Below are positions 22,052 through 33,500 of a stretch of 64,000 nt of DNA, one piece after another. Source of the DNA: Marsupella aquatica (taxonomy: Eukaryota > Plantae > Marchantiophyta); contig OZ316891.1 in assembly GCA_973895155.1 (NCBI GenBank), positions 25,233,899 to 25,297,898 on the forward strand, given 5' to 3'. Position numbers and translations under genes: made by a program. The notes below the pieces were generated by a model, which made no database searches, was not told the origin of the DNA, and was given only the letters and a program-made list of their open reading frames with translations. Position 1 is the first letter of the stretch; each line of letters starts with the position of its first letter.

Positions 22052-23907
22052 TCCGGCCAATCTCCTCCTGGTAAATCCTTTTCCTTAGCCAGGGCGGCCT
22101 CTTCCTCCTGCTTGATTCGCTCCTGAAATTCCTGCACCGTCTGTTTTATGCCGTCGAAGCTCGGGGGAGCGACATCTGGTGGGGGAGACTCAGGGCTACT
22201 CTGCTGGTTGGGGTCCCCTCGCACTACCCTTGGAAGTGTGGGGACAAACCGGCCACAGGTCCTTACTCCTGGAACGTGATGGTCCGACCCATAGCCGGAA
22301 TTATCATGGCTGCAGTCCTCCACTGCCTCCTCTACCTCTTGGACGTCCGGCTTCTCCCTCTCCTCTTCGTCGGTAGGAGCTTCAGGCAATTCTGCCTCAG
22401 ATTCGGAGCTTGAGGTTCCCACGTACATTCGAACACCTGGCTTGGATTCCGGCCTGATTCTCTTCTTGTCTCCAGCAAAGGGGTTTTCTCTTGTGAGCCG
22501 GTGTAGGCCTACCTCTGTAGTAGTGTCCTGCATTGTTGCCGTTGCCGTTGTTGTTGCCGATGCCGATTTCTTTTCTTTCTCCAGTAGTTTCAGCAGACTC
22601 TGCATGCCTGGTTGCTGCATCGGCAAGTCTTCCTTCCTGGGCCTAAACACCTGCTCGATCGTAGGACTAACAGGTGGTTGAGGCTTCTCAGCCAACAGCC
22701 TCGGCGTTGGAGCTTCCTCGGGTGCCCTTACCTGCAGGGGAAGTACCGGGGCAAAAGTCTGACCTCTGGCATACCGGCACAACAGCGGCATGTGATAGCC
22801 AAGCCGCGACATGCTCCCCATGCCGATTACCTGCTGCTCCTCCTTTAAGATCTTCTTCAATTGGTTGAGGAGGTACCCGTTGTAGTCCCGGCTTGGGTCT
22901 GGCCTTTCTGCCAGATAGACCTGTGCCTTGCCGATCTCTGCCCTCGGTAAGTTACAATGCATGGTCACCCGCAAGAAGTCGATCATCTCTCCTATGTGCG
23001 GGTTGGTGCAGGTGTTCTGGAAGAAGCCATTCTTCGTTGATGGCCCGGGGAACGACCGGAACTCCTTGTCAGGCAAGGTCTTCCTGGTATCAACTTTGGT
23101 CTTATTGCCCATCGGCAAGCCAAACACTTCGGCAATCACCTTGGGAGTAAGATAGAAATCCTTCCCATATATCCTCGTGCAATTGGTCTCGGGTTCCCAT
23201 GACCCCACGAATTCTAATAGGTCTGACTCCTGTACCTCCGGCTTCAGCCATGGTAATCTTACAAAGGCCTCCAAGCCGGATCCGGCCATGAAGCCTTGGT
23301 ACTTCTTGGTCTGCATGGCCGTAAAGCATGCATCCTCCTCCCGTGCAAAATGTAGTTGCACCTCCACCGGTAGGGTTGCCGCCCAGCCCTTCCAGGTGTC
23401 ATCCCTGGTTGGAATGGCCTTGATGGGATCGACCTCCTCCTCTTCGGCTTCTCCCTGCCTCCTGCTCTGCTGCTCGGCTGGCTTCTTTGGTGCCGCCGAC
23501 CTCGTTCTTTTTGCCGGGGTGGCTTCATCGTTGATGGCCCCCTTCCTCTTCATCTCTGCTACCGTGGAGGTTTCTCCTAGCACCGTTGCCCGGGTCCACC
23601 TTTCCGTGCTACCCTTTAATTCCCAGTGTATGTCGTTGCAGTTCTTGATGGCCTCTCGGATGCCGACGACGCTGTCTTTGCAAAACAGAAGATTGTCGAG
23701 TTGATTGGAAGTAGGCGTCCACAGGAACTCGTCCTTGATGAGTTCGCCTCCTAAGAAAGCCGTCTTCTGTAGCTCCCACAATCGAGCGAGCTCCTGCCGT
23801 TCTCGAGCTGCCCTTTCTGACTCCTTGTCCTCGTAAGTCTTGATGTACTCAGTTGCCCGTTCGAACAGGCATCCCCAGAAATGTGCCGCTTGATTGACGT
23901 TGCTCAT
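22039..23907 (-). pseudogene. Truncated LTR-encoded accessory protein (622 aa)
   Basis: Nearly identical to the N-terminal half of 31423-34806; final residues FRV and the stop come from the telomeric insert. Confidence 0.88.
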
Positions 23908-24286
23908 ACCCTCCTTAGGTCGATCGTCGGTATCTACTCTCTCCCCGAGTGCTTGCCTAAGCAGCTGACAGTAGTTGGCCTCCCGTAGTCGTCTGCCTAG
24001 TTCGTGCTCGCAAATGAGCCACCATCTCCTGCAAGCGCTCCTTACCCCTCTCCTCTGCCGGTCCTTCTTCCCATTGATCCTTCCTAGCCGCCGACGCTTA
24101 ACGCGCCCTAACCCTAACCCTAATCAGGTTTTCACCCTCAGCCTTACCTCCGGCCTCTGCCCGGGTTCCATGGTTGCCCCTAATTGTTTATATTTTCCTT
24201 GTTTTGTCACTATACTAAGGTGTTCCTAGGGTGCCTTCCTGCTTTACCCACTTAACCGGCCGAGTGATTCCTGTCTAGGCATCACA
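22051..24286 (-). repeat. Truncated 3' LTR of copy C
   Basis: Starts after the PPT at 24286; matches about 32956-35179; ends at the telomeric tract. Confidence 0.92.
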
Positions 24287-27200
24287 TAGCTCCCCACTTA
24301 ATTGTGAAGCGTCCTCGCGAACAACTTCATCTTCGTCCATATAGTATTTCTTGAGGCGGTCATAATGGATGCGAACTGGATATACCTCTCCCGTTATGTT
24401 GGCCAATTGCACGGAGCCATTGGGGAACATCATGGTTACTCTAAAGGGTCCTAACCAGCGAGTGTAAAGCTTTCCTGGAAACCTACTATACCTACTGTCA
24501 TAAAGTAGCACAAGATCACCGGTATGAATACTAACTACTTTTAACCTTTTATCATACTGCTGCTTCATGATATTCTGTCTATATTCTACTCTCTCGGCTG
24601 AAATCATTCTCGCTTCCTCTAAAGCTTCTAACCTATATTCTCGCTCCTTTAGGCTCTCCTCCGCTGAGGCTCTTTCCTCAATTGTAACTTGAAATGTCGG
24701 TATCTCAAGTTGCATGGGTACCAGGGCTTCTTGTCCAAAGGTTAAGAAGAAGGGTGTATGACCGGTAGTGGATTTATAGGCAAGATTGTAAGCAAAAACA
24801 GCAGCAAACAATTTATCATCCCAATCGAGTTTGTTCTGAGCTACTGTCTTGTTCAATATCTTTCCTATGATTCCGTTTGCTCGTTCTGTCAACCCGTTTG
24901 CCTTTGGATGGTAGGGAGTAGTAGGCCTATGTTTAACTAAATACTGCTCATTTAAACGACTAATTATATCATTCAAAAAATGGGTTCCTCTATCACTAAC
25001 TAATTCTAGGGGTGCTCCATACCTGGTGAAGATCTGCTCATACATGAATCTAGCCGTAGTAATTGCATCATCCTTCGTTGTTGGTCTGGCCTCTACCCAT
25101 TTAGTTGCATAATCCGTAGCCAGGATTATGTACTTGTTCCGTCGAGGGTGGGTCAGTGGTTTCAGAGGTCCAATGTAATCAATACCCCACTTCTCGAATG
25201 GTGCCAGAGGTAGAATAGGGTGCAGTGGATGCCTGGTGGACGCCCTTGGTCCTCCCGCTCGTTGACAAGGATTGCATTGTTTGATAAACTGATAGACATC
25301 TTTGTGCAAGGTGGGCCACCAGTAACCGGCATTTAATATCTTCTTAGACGTGGTTACTGGGGCAAAATGTCCTCCGGCCTCCTCTCCATGCATGGCCCGT
25401 AGGACTCGTTTTACCTCTCTCTTTTCCAAACACCTTTGAATCGTGCCGTTGATTCCATGCTTGTGCAGTATGCCTTTAATGCACTGATACTGTCTGACCT
25501 TCCGCACAAAGACTGCGGCTTGCTCTCGGCTTAATCCTGGCTGTAATCTGGAAGTGCTGAGAAATTGTAAAATCTCAGGGTACCATGTACCAACTATTTC
25601 CACAACGAATAGCTCCTCGTCGGGGAATCGATCATCGATGCAATCCGTGGCAGGTTTACCTGTGATCCTTGAAAAGAAGTCGGCATTGGCATGTAACTTT
25701 CCCGGCTTGATCCTCAGCTCATAGTCAAACTCCTGTAATAGCAAAATCCATCTTGCTACTCTGCCTGTAAGGTCCGGCTTATTGACTAGGTACTTCAAAC
25801 TTTCATGATCAGTATGAAAGATTACCTTGTACCCTAGTAAATAATGCCTAAACTTTTTACAAGAATAAATGACTCCTAATGCTTCTCTTTCCGTGGTAGA
25901 GTAGTTCCGTTCGGCATCGGCAAGCTGACGGCTTGCGAAGTATATGGGATGGTCCCTTCCTTTCTCATCCAACTGACTTAGTACTGAGCCAATACAGAAG
26001 CCCGAGACATCTACAAAAACATGAAAATCTTTGTTCCAGTCCGGTGCTATCATGACTGGGGCCTCTACTAACATCTGCTTCAATTCTACCACCGCTGTGA
26101 CTCGTTCGGGTGTGGGTTCGAAGTCTGCTCCTGCCTTGAGCATATTGGTTAATGGTAAAGCTAGCTTGGCAAAATCCTTGATGAACCGGCGATAGTAACC
26201 AATGCATCCCAAGAAGGATCTTACATCCTTTATGTTCTTAGGTTGCATGATATCTAGCCATACTGCTAGCTTACCTTTGTCAATCTCAATGCCCTTCCTT
26301 GATACCTTGTGACCTAGTAGCACCCCCTCGGTTACTGCAAAAAAACATTTATCTGGGTGTAACTTGAGACCCACCTCTCTACATCTCATGAAGGTTTTCC
26401 TGAGGTATTTAGCATGTTTCGATGCCTTCCCGAATACTGCAAAGTCATCAATGAAGATTTCCATGAACTTTCTCAAGTAATCATGAAAAATGTTCACCAT
26501 TAATCGTTGGAACATAGCTGGTGCGTTGCAGAGTCCAAACGGCATACGATTGAAGACATAGATCCCCCATTCCGTGATGAAGGCCGTCTTGATTTGGTCT
26601 TCCTGCCGAATCCTGATTTGGTTATAACCAGAGTATCCATCCATGAATGAATATAGTTCATGACTGGCTACCATGTCTAGTACCATATCAGTAAACGGTA
26701 AAGGAAAATGGTCTTTTAATGTTGCTTCATTCAGCTTCCTGTAATCCTGACAAACCCGGATCTTGGGTTTACCATCGGGTCCAGCTTTCTTGGGCACTAT
26801 CACAATTGGAGACACCCAGTCTGAATGCAGGACTGGAGTGATGAATCCAGCTTCCACTAGTTTGTCGATTTCTGTTTTGACCAGCAGGGAATACTTCGGG
26901 TTCATCCTTCGAATTGGTTGTCGAAATGATTTGGCTCCTAACATGAGATCAATTCGATGTTCCCCTAGTGTTGGATCTACTCCCTTTAGATCTTGGTGAC
27001 TCCATGCAAACACATCCTGAAATTCAATCAATAAGTCACTGATCTCTTTCTCGAGCTCAGGTGCTAGGTTTCTCCCTAAGTTCAGTTCTCTTCCCTCTCC
27101 TAAGTCGAGCTTCCGATATTGCCGTGCTTGGATCATATTAATCTGCTTCTTCAAATTCGGGTCCAGTTCGGCTTCCAGTCTCTCTAATCTCATACCTCCA

Positions 27201-27541
27201 TAAACTGGGATCTCGGCTGGACTAGCCGAGTCGGTCCCTTCCTTGGTGTCCATAGATTGTCCCCTTACCGGTCTATTCGGTTTTGAATTAGTGGTTGGCT
27301 CCCCTTCCTGCCTTGGCTCTAGATTGTGTCTGTCCATCTCATCCACCTCTTGCTCCTGAGAGTTAGGCCGCTGTGCTCTCTCGGCTTCTAATAGGGCCTC
27401 AATTTGTTCTGCCCTTGTAATCGGCTTGTATGCCGATCCCTTGGTATTTAATTCCTTGCCGATGATCGATGGCGTTGTGGACCCTGTCGGCTCTGCCACA
27501 ACGCCTGCAGAAAATCCACTGTCCCTGCTACTGCTCCCCAC
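24275..27541 (-). CDS. pol: Pol (RT-RNase H-integrase), intact; probably expressed by -1 frameshift from gag-pro
   Basis: 1088 codons; FIDD, RH and DDE motifs; no chromodomain and no archaeal RH seen; stop codon lies inside the 3' LTR (TGT GAT GCC TAG). Confidence 0.95.
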   Translation of the reverse strand: MGSSSRDSGFSAGVVAEPTGSTTPSIIGKELNTKGSAYKPITRAEQIEALLEAERAQRPNSQEQEVDEMDRHNLEPRQEGEPTTNSKPNRPVRGQSMDTKEGTDSASPAEIPVYGGMRLERLEAELDPNLKKQINMIQARQYRKLDLGEGRELNLGRNLAPELEKEISDLLIEFQDVFAWSHQDLKGVDPTLGEHRIDLMLGAKSFRQPIRRMNPKYSLLVKTEIDKLVEAGFITPVLHSDWVSPIVIVPKKAGPDGKPKIRVCQDYRKLNEATLKDHFPLPFTDMVLDMVASHELYSFMDGYSGYNQIRIRQEDQIKTAFITEWGIYVFNRMPFGLCNAPAMFQRLMVNIFHDYLRKFMEIFIDDFAVFGKASKHAKYLRKTFMRCREVGLKLHPDKCFFAVTEGVLLGHKVSRKGIEIDKGKLAVWLDIMQPKNIKDVRSFLGCIGYYRRFIKDFAKLALPLTNMLKAGADFEPTPERVTAVVELKQMLVEAPVMIAPDWNKDFHVFVDVSGFCIGSVLSQLDEKGRDHPIYFASRQLADAERNYSTTEREALGVIYSCKKFRHYLLGYKVIFHTDHESLKYLVNKPDLTGRVARWILLLQEFDYELRIKPGKLHANADFFSRITGKPATDCIDDRFPDEELFVVEIVGTWYPEILQFLSTSRLQPGLSREQAAVFVRKVRQYQCIKGILHKHGINGTIQRCLEKREVKRVLRAMHGEEAGGHFAPVTTSKKILNAGYWWPTLHKDVYQFIKQCNPCQRAGGPRASTRHPLHPILPLAPFEKWGIDYIGPLKPLTHPRRNKYIILATDYATKWVEARPTTKDDAITTARFMYEQIFTRYGAPLELVSDRGTHFLNDIISRLNEQYLVKHRPTTPYHPKANGLTERANGIIGKILNKTVAQNKLDWDDKLFAAVFAYNLAYKSTTGHTPFFLTFGQEALVPMQLEIPTFQVTIEERASAEESLKEREYRLEALEEARMISAERVEYRQNIMKQQYDKRLKVVSIHTGDLVLLYDSRYSRFPGKLYTRWLGPFRVTMMFPNGSVQLANITGEVYPVRIHYDRLKKYYMDEDEVVREDASQLSGELCDA

Positions 27542-30441
27542 TTAGCTGTTTCATCCAATTGGTCTACATCCTTAACTTCCTCCAGAATTGCAGCTAAAAA
27601 GGTGGATTCTATTGTAAAGCAGTCCTCGACCTCTTCGTCTTCTTCTTCCAAGTCACCTTCCATTGGTTCTTGCCATAATCCGCTGGGGGGTACCTCTGGT
27701 CCAAAGACACCTTCTTCGGTTAGGTTAGTGAGGCATTCTAACCAACGTACTTCATCGGCTGACTCCAGTCCACTATCGTACCCATCTACTTCCCTTATGC
27801 TTTTCCTACGGTCATCCTTAGTGTCCCAGGATACCGTGATAGAGGGGGTCCCGAAAGTGAACTGCTTTTTACCCCAATCTTCTATTACCTCGGCTAGGTA
27901 CAGCCATGGCCTACCAATCAATAGCCGGAATGACGTAGGATTTACCGACTTCATTACTACATAGTTAATGCTAAAGAAGATACCTCCTATCTCTGTCTTG
28001 ATGCCGGTTAACACTCCCGTCGGAATGACCTGATATCCATTGGCCATGTTCAACACTCTTCCAGTCATCTCCGGTGTTAGACCCCACCCTTTTGCTGTTG
28101 AATCAATCATAATACATACCCCTGATCCTCCATCGATGGGTACCCGTAGTAATAATTCTCCTTGAATCATTAATGGTAATGTTGGGGCTCCTTGATCTTC
28201 TTCTATCATTAGTACGTCGGATCTGGTTGCTACCTTGGGTAATCTCGGCTTGCCGAGAATAGCCTTCCTTAATTGCTTCTGGAAGTACGGGCTATTTTTC
28301 AATAGTTGACCTACTGTTGCCGAGACTCTAGATTCTAGTACATCTTTAGCCAGGTCATAGGGAACAATCGGCTTCTCTTCTGGTGGTGTTTCCGTCTTGG
28401 ATTCGGCCAGTTTTGCCACGCTAGTCTCCACAGCTGTTGGGTCTTCCGAAGCAAACAATGCTTTTGCTCGTTTTACATCCTTGGCAATGGCTTTGGTATT
28501 CTCCAGGGTTTCTAATTCTCTTAGTTGTTCCTTAACACTAGCCGTAACAGAGGGGTAGAACAACTTAGGATGATCTTGATTGAAGTCGCTATCTTGTGAA
28601 GGATTGGTTTCACTGGTGGGCTCATGGCTTACCTGTATTGCCGGAGCCCTCCCTTCTCCTTCTGTTGATGTTGACGAAGAGTCGATCCTTTCCTCCGTAA
28701 CCTTCCCTTTATTTTTGGCCAGCCCATCCCACCTTTCCTTCCTTTTGGTAGATCGAGTAGAGACCCGGTAGCAATCATGATCTAAATCCTCCTCTGAGAA
28801 GGTTGATAGGGCTTCGGCCTCATCATCAGATGGTACAAACTCTGCCTCGGCATCCTCTTGCCATCCTAGTTCGATGTGGTTGATTTGAACTCCTCCGGGG
28901 GTAGTACCTGGCGGTAAGATCTTGATCGGCAAAAGCTTATGATTTGCGGCCAGGCCTGCCAACCAAGTAGGACATTGCCCTAGCATATGACCTTCCTGTC
29001 GGCATCCCATACATAGCTGAGCTGGTTGTCCATCACCCTGTTTGCGTGCATTCGGGCATTCTCTAGCAAAATGGCCAGGTTGACCACAATTATAGCACGC
29101 CGCAAATCTTTGCACATTCGGCCTAGGAGGTACTGACGGGTTCTGAATAATCCGAGGATACATCTCTCCTGGATTGTTCCTTAATCCTGACCACAGAGAT
29201 GCAGGTCTGTTGGATAGGTCTCGTGCTCCAGTCTCACTGATGCCGAAAACACTATCAGCGGCATCTCCCAAAAAGTACTCTACTTCTCCCTGACATGGTC
29301 TGATCTCGGCCACATGCCGAACATGATTAGTATTAAGCTTAGGACACGCATCTTTATGGTGTCCGGTTTTATAACATAAGGCACACCATACAGAGCTATC
29401 CTCCTGTACTACCTTCTTCTTTGGTTTTACCTCTGCAATGATAGCCTTAAGTTGCTCGGTAAGGGCTACGATGTTATCTGGTGGCTTAGCCTCCATCTTG
29501 ACTTTCGTCTTCCCTCTCCTTCTGCCCTTCCTTTTCCTAGTTTTTTCTTCTTCAGAACTAGAAGATGACTCACTCTTGCTACTCCCACTATCCGAGCTTG
29601 ACTTATCACTTCTAGACTTCTTGGAATGTTTCTTCTTCTTATCTTTTTTCTTATGGGGTGATCCCTCCTCTGATGAGGAACTCTCAGACTTAAGCTGTTT
29701 CTTCCGGCTTGTGATATCTGCATTAATGTATAATTGAATATCCTTAATTGCTTCGGCTAAAGTCTCCGGGTTCTCCTTCCTAATTGCAAAACTCATCTTC
29801 TGTGGCAAAGCATTCACCAACCATTGAAGTTGCATACCTTCAGATGCATTGGTCTTTGTACGTCTTACCAGTTTCTGAAAGCGTTGCAAGAACTTCCTGA
29901 AGGATTTGTTCTCCTTGAACCGAAGTTGTCCCAACTTCAGCACTGCTAGTTCTGAAGTTCCAATGGGTCGAAACTCCTTAACAAAGAGTGTTTTGAAGAT
30001 ATCCCAGATGGCTTGATCTTCCACATCTAATGCTCTGTACCAAGGCCTAGCCTCACCCTTGAACAGGCCGGGAAGAATCTGCATCTTGATGGCCGATTCT
30101 CCATTTGCTGCAGCGGTTCCCTCGAAATCATCCAACCATTCGTCCGGATCCTCATCTCCTCTCCCATGAAATGCCTTGTAATGTATGCGCGACCGCTGGC
30201 TCAATCTGGTCCCTGGCCTCTCGTCTGGCCGTGCCTCTGGTTCCCCCATGTCGGTTGGAGACTCACTTCTCCTTACCGACTCTTCTTCTGGTATGTCTTC
30301 TTCGACGCCACTTCCAGTTTCGGAGCTACCAGCTCTTTCTGCCCCTCTCAGTCGCTGTGTATCATGCCACCCGGCGAGCTGCTGCAGTCGAGCTCTCTCC
30401 CGTTGAATCACTCTTTCTTCCCTCGGCGTAAGGTCAGTCAT
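27448..30441 (-). CDS. gag: Gag-protease polyprotein, intact (997 aa)
   Basis: Capsid-like FHGRGDEDPDEWL...ARPWY; Lys/Ser-rich tract; three CCHC knuckles; aspartic protease PIDGGSGV...LLIGRPWL. Confidence 0.95.
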   Translation of the reverse strand: MTDLTPREERVIQRERARLQQLAGWHDTQRLRGAERAGSSETGSGVEEDIPEEESVRRSESPTDMGEPEARPDERPGTRLSQRSRIHYKAFHGRGDEDPDEWLDDFEGTAAANGESAIKMQILPGLFKGEARPWYRALDVEDQAIWDIFKTLFVKEFRPIGTSELAVLKLGQLRFKENKSFRKFLQRFQKLVRRTKTNASEGMQLQWLVNALPQKMSFAIRKENPETLAEAIKDIQLYINADITSRKKQLKSESSSSEEGSPHKKKDKKKKHSKKSRSDKSSSDSGSSKSESSSSSEEEKTRKRKGRRRGKTKVKMEAKPPDNIVALTEQLKAIIAEVKPKKKVVQEDSSVWCALCYKTGHHKDACPKLNTNHVRHVAEIRPCQGEVEYFLGDAADSVFGISETGARDLSNRPASLWSGLRNNPGEMYPRIIQNPSVPPRPNVQRFAACYNCGQPGHFARECPNARKQGDGQPAQLCMGCRQEGHMLGQCPTWLAGLAANHKLLPIKILPPGTTPGGVQINHIELGWQEDAEAEFVPSDDEAEALSTFSEEDLDHDCYRVSTRSTKRKERWDGLAKNKGKVTEERIDSSSTSTEGEGRAPAIQVSHEPTSETNPSQDSDFNQDHPKLFYPSVTASVKEQLRELETLENTKAIAKDVKRAKALFASEDPTAVETSVAKLAESKTETPPEEKPIVPYDLAKDVLESRVSATVGQLLKNSPYFQKQLRKAILGKPRLPKVATRSDVLMIEEDQGAPTLPLMIQGELLLRVPIDGGSGVCIMIDSTAKGWGLTPEMTGRVLNMANGYQVIPTGVLTGIKTEIGGIFFSINYVVMKSVNPTSFRLLIGRPWLYLAEVIEDWGKKQFTFGTPSITVSWDTKDDRRKSIREVDGYDSGLESADEVRWLECLTNLTEEGVFGPEVPPSGLWQEPMEGDLEEEDEEVEDCFTIESTFLAAILEEVKDVDQLDETAKWGAVAGTVDFLQALWQSRQGPQRHRSSARN

Positions 30442-30485
30442 TACCTACGCTTCCGTTCTAACTTCATATCTCACGGCTTAAGAAA

Positions 30486-30506
30486 TGCCCTCTCCATCTA
30501 GCGCCA
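30486..30506 (-). other. Primer-binding site of copy C
   Basis: TGGCGCTAGATGGAGAGGGCA after the LTR end and a TTTT spacer. Confidence 0.85.
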
Positions 30507-30510
30507 AAAA

Positions 30511-33500
30511 TGTGGTGCGTCCCATGGCTCCCTAAACCCAAGAAACCCCCCAGCTCAAGCCGATTCCCGCAGGTTTCGTGCTTGGCGAGGCCGTTTCCGC
30601 GGCTTAGCGGCATGGGACGCTGCTAACCTTCTACTACTACTATTAACATTTTACACACATATACTGGACAGATCCTTCATCGGGTCATGAGATACGTAGC
30701 CGGCCTAATATAGGCCTTCCCCTGTCTTCCCCTGTCTTCTTGTTAGGTATGTTTGGATTCCGCCGCCGGAATGATCCCCAATAGGCTTGGTTAAGCCGCT
30801 AAGACCTCTCTCAGCTCGACACATCCAACTATCACTCCCCTGCTTACTTTCCTTCCTTCTGTTGATGTGGGCACTCTTCACACAAGTTAATGCGACACAC
30901 AAATAGCAAAATGACTCATTCTGACTGAGTCATACCATGCACTTGCCATACAAACAGTACATCTCATACACAAGTTCTGCGAACTAAGCCGTGAGGCCAA
31001 CTCTATTCAGCTCTTAGGCATGAGGAAACATGAATATACACAAGGGTCACTGTATGACTAACCGAGAGCTTCTCGTACTACTTGATCCCAGCCCGGCTGG
31101 TGCAAACTAAAAACTTGCTAAAGAAGAGGCCCTGAGCTCCCCGCTGCCCAGGTACTTATCCTGGTAGTGGATCCGCCATTCTTTGCATCGTAAGCCTAAT
31201 CTACCTGACAGTAATCTACTTGCCCGAATCTACCTATGTACAGCAAGGCAGGAGCACAAGTGTTGCTCCTACCAGTGGAACCGCAATCCCACTAAGCTAA
31301 GTGTCAGGGCCGCTCCTGGTTCTGATCCTAATCCTAAACATGGAGATCCGCGCCCGCCCTGCCCACTCACGCCTCCTCCCTCCACGTCCGCCCTCCCTAA
31401 AAGGAACGGCGCCCTTGCACCGTCACGACACCGGTGGTGGATCCTCAATGGACGCCCCCAACACTTCCTCCTCAGCCACTGCCGTTGGCCCGCCTACTGA
31501 CAGATTACCTGCCCTTGACCGAGTCAACTCTCCATCGGCCTGACTGGGTCCACCTTCGGCTTCAGCCTCGACACCGGCCTTGGCAATACCCACGGCTTCG
31601 GCCTCAGCCACTCCCACGGCTTCGGCCTCAGCCACTCCCACGGCTTCGGCTTCAGCCACTCCCTCGGCTTCGGCCTCCCCTTCCCCTAGGGTAGTTGGAT
31701 CCTTAGCCGTGACCCTGTCTGGGGTCGGTGCTGGGTCTACCTCCTTGATCACCACGGCCTGTGAAGTCGTATTACTCCTTGACCCTGGAGGTTTCCGCTT
31801 CTTCTTCGTTGGTGGCTCGGCAGCTGGTCCCTTCCCCTTCCCACTTACTTCCGGCACTGGTGCAGTTGACGCGGCTTGTCCTTCGGCAATTACCACCCCT
31901 GGTAACTGGTTTGTCCCAACGGGAGATGGACCTGCTGCAGCTAAGCATTTAAATACTGCGGCTTGTTTCTTCAGCCGCTCTGTTTGGTTGTCGGCCCGCC
32001 GCTGTAGGTTCTCCATCTTCCTCGTGATTTCCTCCAACTCCTCTTGGGTTTCATCCAGGTCCTTACGTGCCCCCTCCAGCTCGTTTTTGGCCTCCTCCTG
32101 CTCCCTGTGGGCTTCCTCCAATTCCTTCTTCAAGGTAGCCCTCTCCTCCTGGGTTGCTCTTAGCTCCTTGTCGAGCTCTGCAATGATGACAAACTCCATC
32201 TGGTTCATCTTGGCGTAAGTCTGTTCGAGCATCTCGTCCTTCTCCCTTAGGTCGGCCTTGAAGCTGGCCGTCAGGGACGCAAGCTCCTGCTGCAGCGCCA
32301 TAATCCCTTGATAGGATTTCCCTAACTCGACCTCCTTCTGCTCAAGGGCTCCGCGGATTTTCTCGAGCTCCCCTTTCAACGCCCATTCCTTTCTTTGGGT
32401 CTCCGCCATGGCCCGACTGTTGGCTGTTATGTGGGCCTCCTCTGTATTCTTCAGCTCTTGCTTCCACTTCTCCCTCTCTTTGATCGTGTCGGCCAACTCT
32501 TCCTGCGTCTGAGTCAGTTTATCCTTGATATTCTGATTATCAGCCTGCGCGGCGTCCAACTGCCCCTGCATGATGTTCAGCTCATGTCGTTTAATCCGCA
32601 GTTCATCTTGGGCTTTCTTGGCCGCCCTTAGATTTTCAATCTCGGCTTCCATCCTCCTAAGCCGCCGAATGACCTCGTCCTTCTTGCTTCTCTCTAAAGC
32701 CACCGCTTCTTCTAATTGGTGCTTCTCCAACTGCTCCCTGTGAAAAAAGGGTCCTACCTCCAACTCCTCTCCAAAGATGCCGAGCGCAAGTTCCCCACAC
32801 ATCTCACCATACTCCATGGCTCTATTCTTAGCGTAGGTGGAGTAAGTAGAAGTGATCGGCATCGCCCATCGTGGCCTCTGCTCCCACGCCGTCCTGCGGA
32901 TCTCTTCAATCGTGGCTAGAGGTTTGCTTCCTTTTTCGGCTAGCCGCCTGATGTCCTCCGGCCAATCTCCTCCTGGTAAATCCTTTTCCTTAGCCAGGGT
33001 GGCCTCTTCCTCCTGCTTGATTCGCTCCTGAAATTCCTGCACCGTCTGTTTTATGCCGTCGAAGCTCGGGGGAGCGACATCTGGTGGGGGAGACTCAGGG
33101 CTACTCTGCTGGTTGGGGTCCCCTCGCACTACCCTTGGAAGTGTGGGGACAAACCGGCCATAGGTCCTTACTCCTGGAACGTGATGGTCCGACCCATAGC
33201 CGGAATTATCATGGCTGCAGTCCTCCACTGCCTCCTCTACCTCTTGGACGTCCGGCTTCTCCCTCTCCTCTTCGTCGGTAGGAGCTTCAGGCAATTCTGC
33301 CTCAAATTCGGAGCTTGAGGTTCCCACGTACATTCGAACACCTGGCTTGGATTCCGGCCTGATTCTCTTCTTGTCTCCAGCAAAGGGGTTTTCTCTTGTG
33401 AGCCGGTGTAGGCCTACCTCTGTAGTAGTGTCCTGCATTGTTGCCGTTGTTGTTGCCGATGCCGATTTCTTTTCTTTCTCCAGTAGTTTCAGCAGACTCT

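Noticed and set aside
20693-24286. Simple tandem elements sharing one LTR
   Set aside because: The two halves belong to different subfamilies and are separated by an inversion, telomeric filler and a deletion
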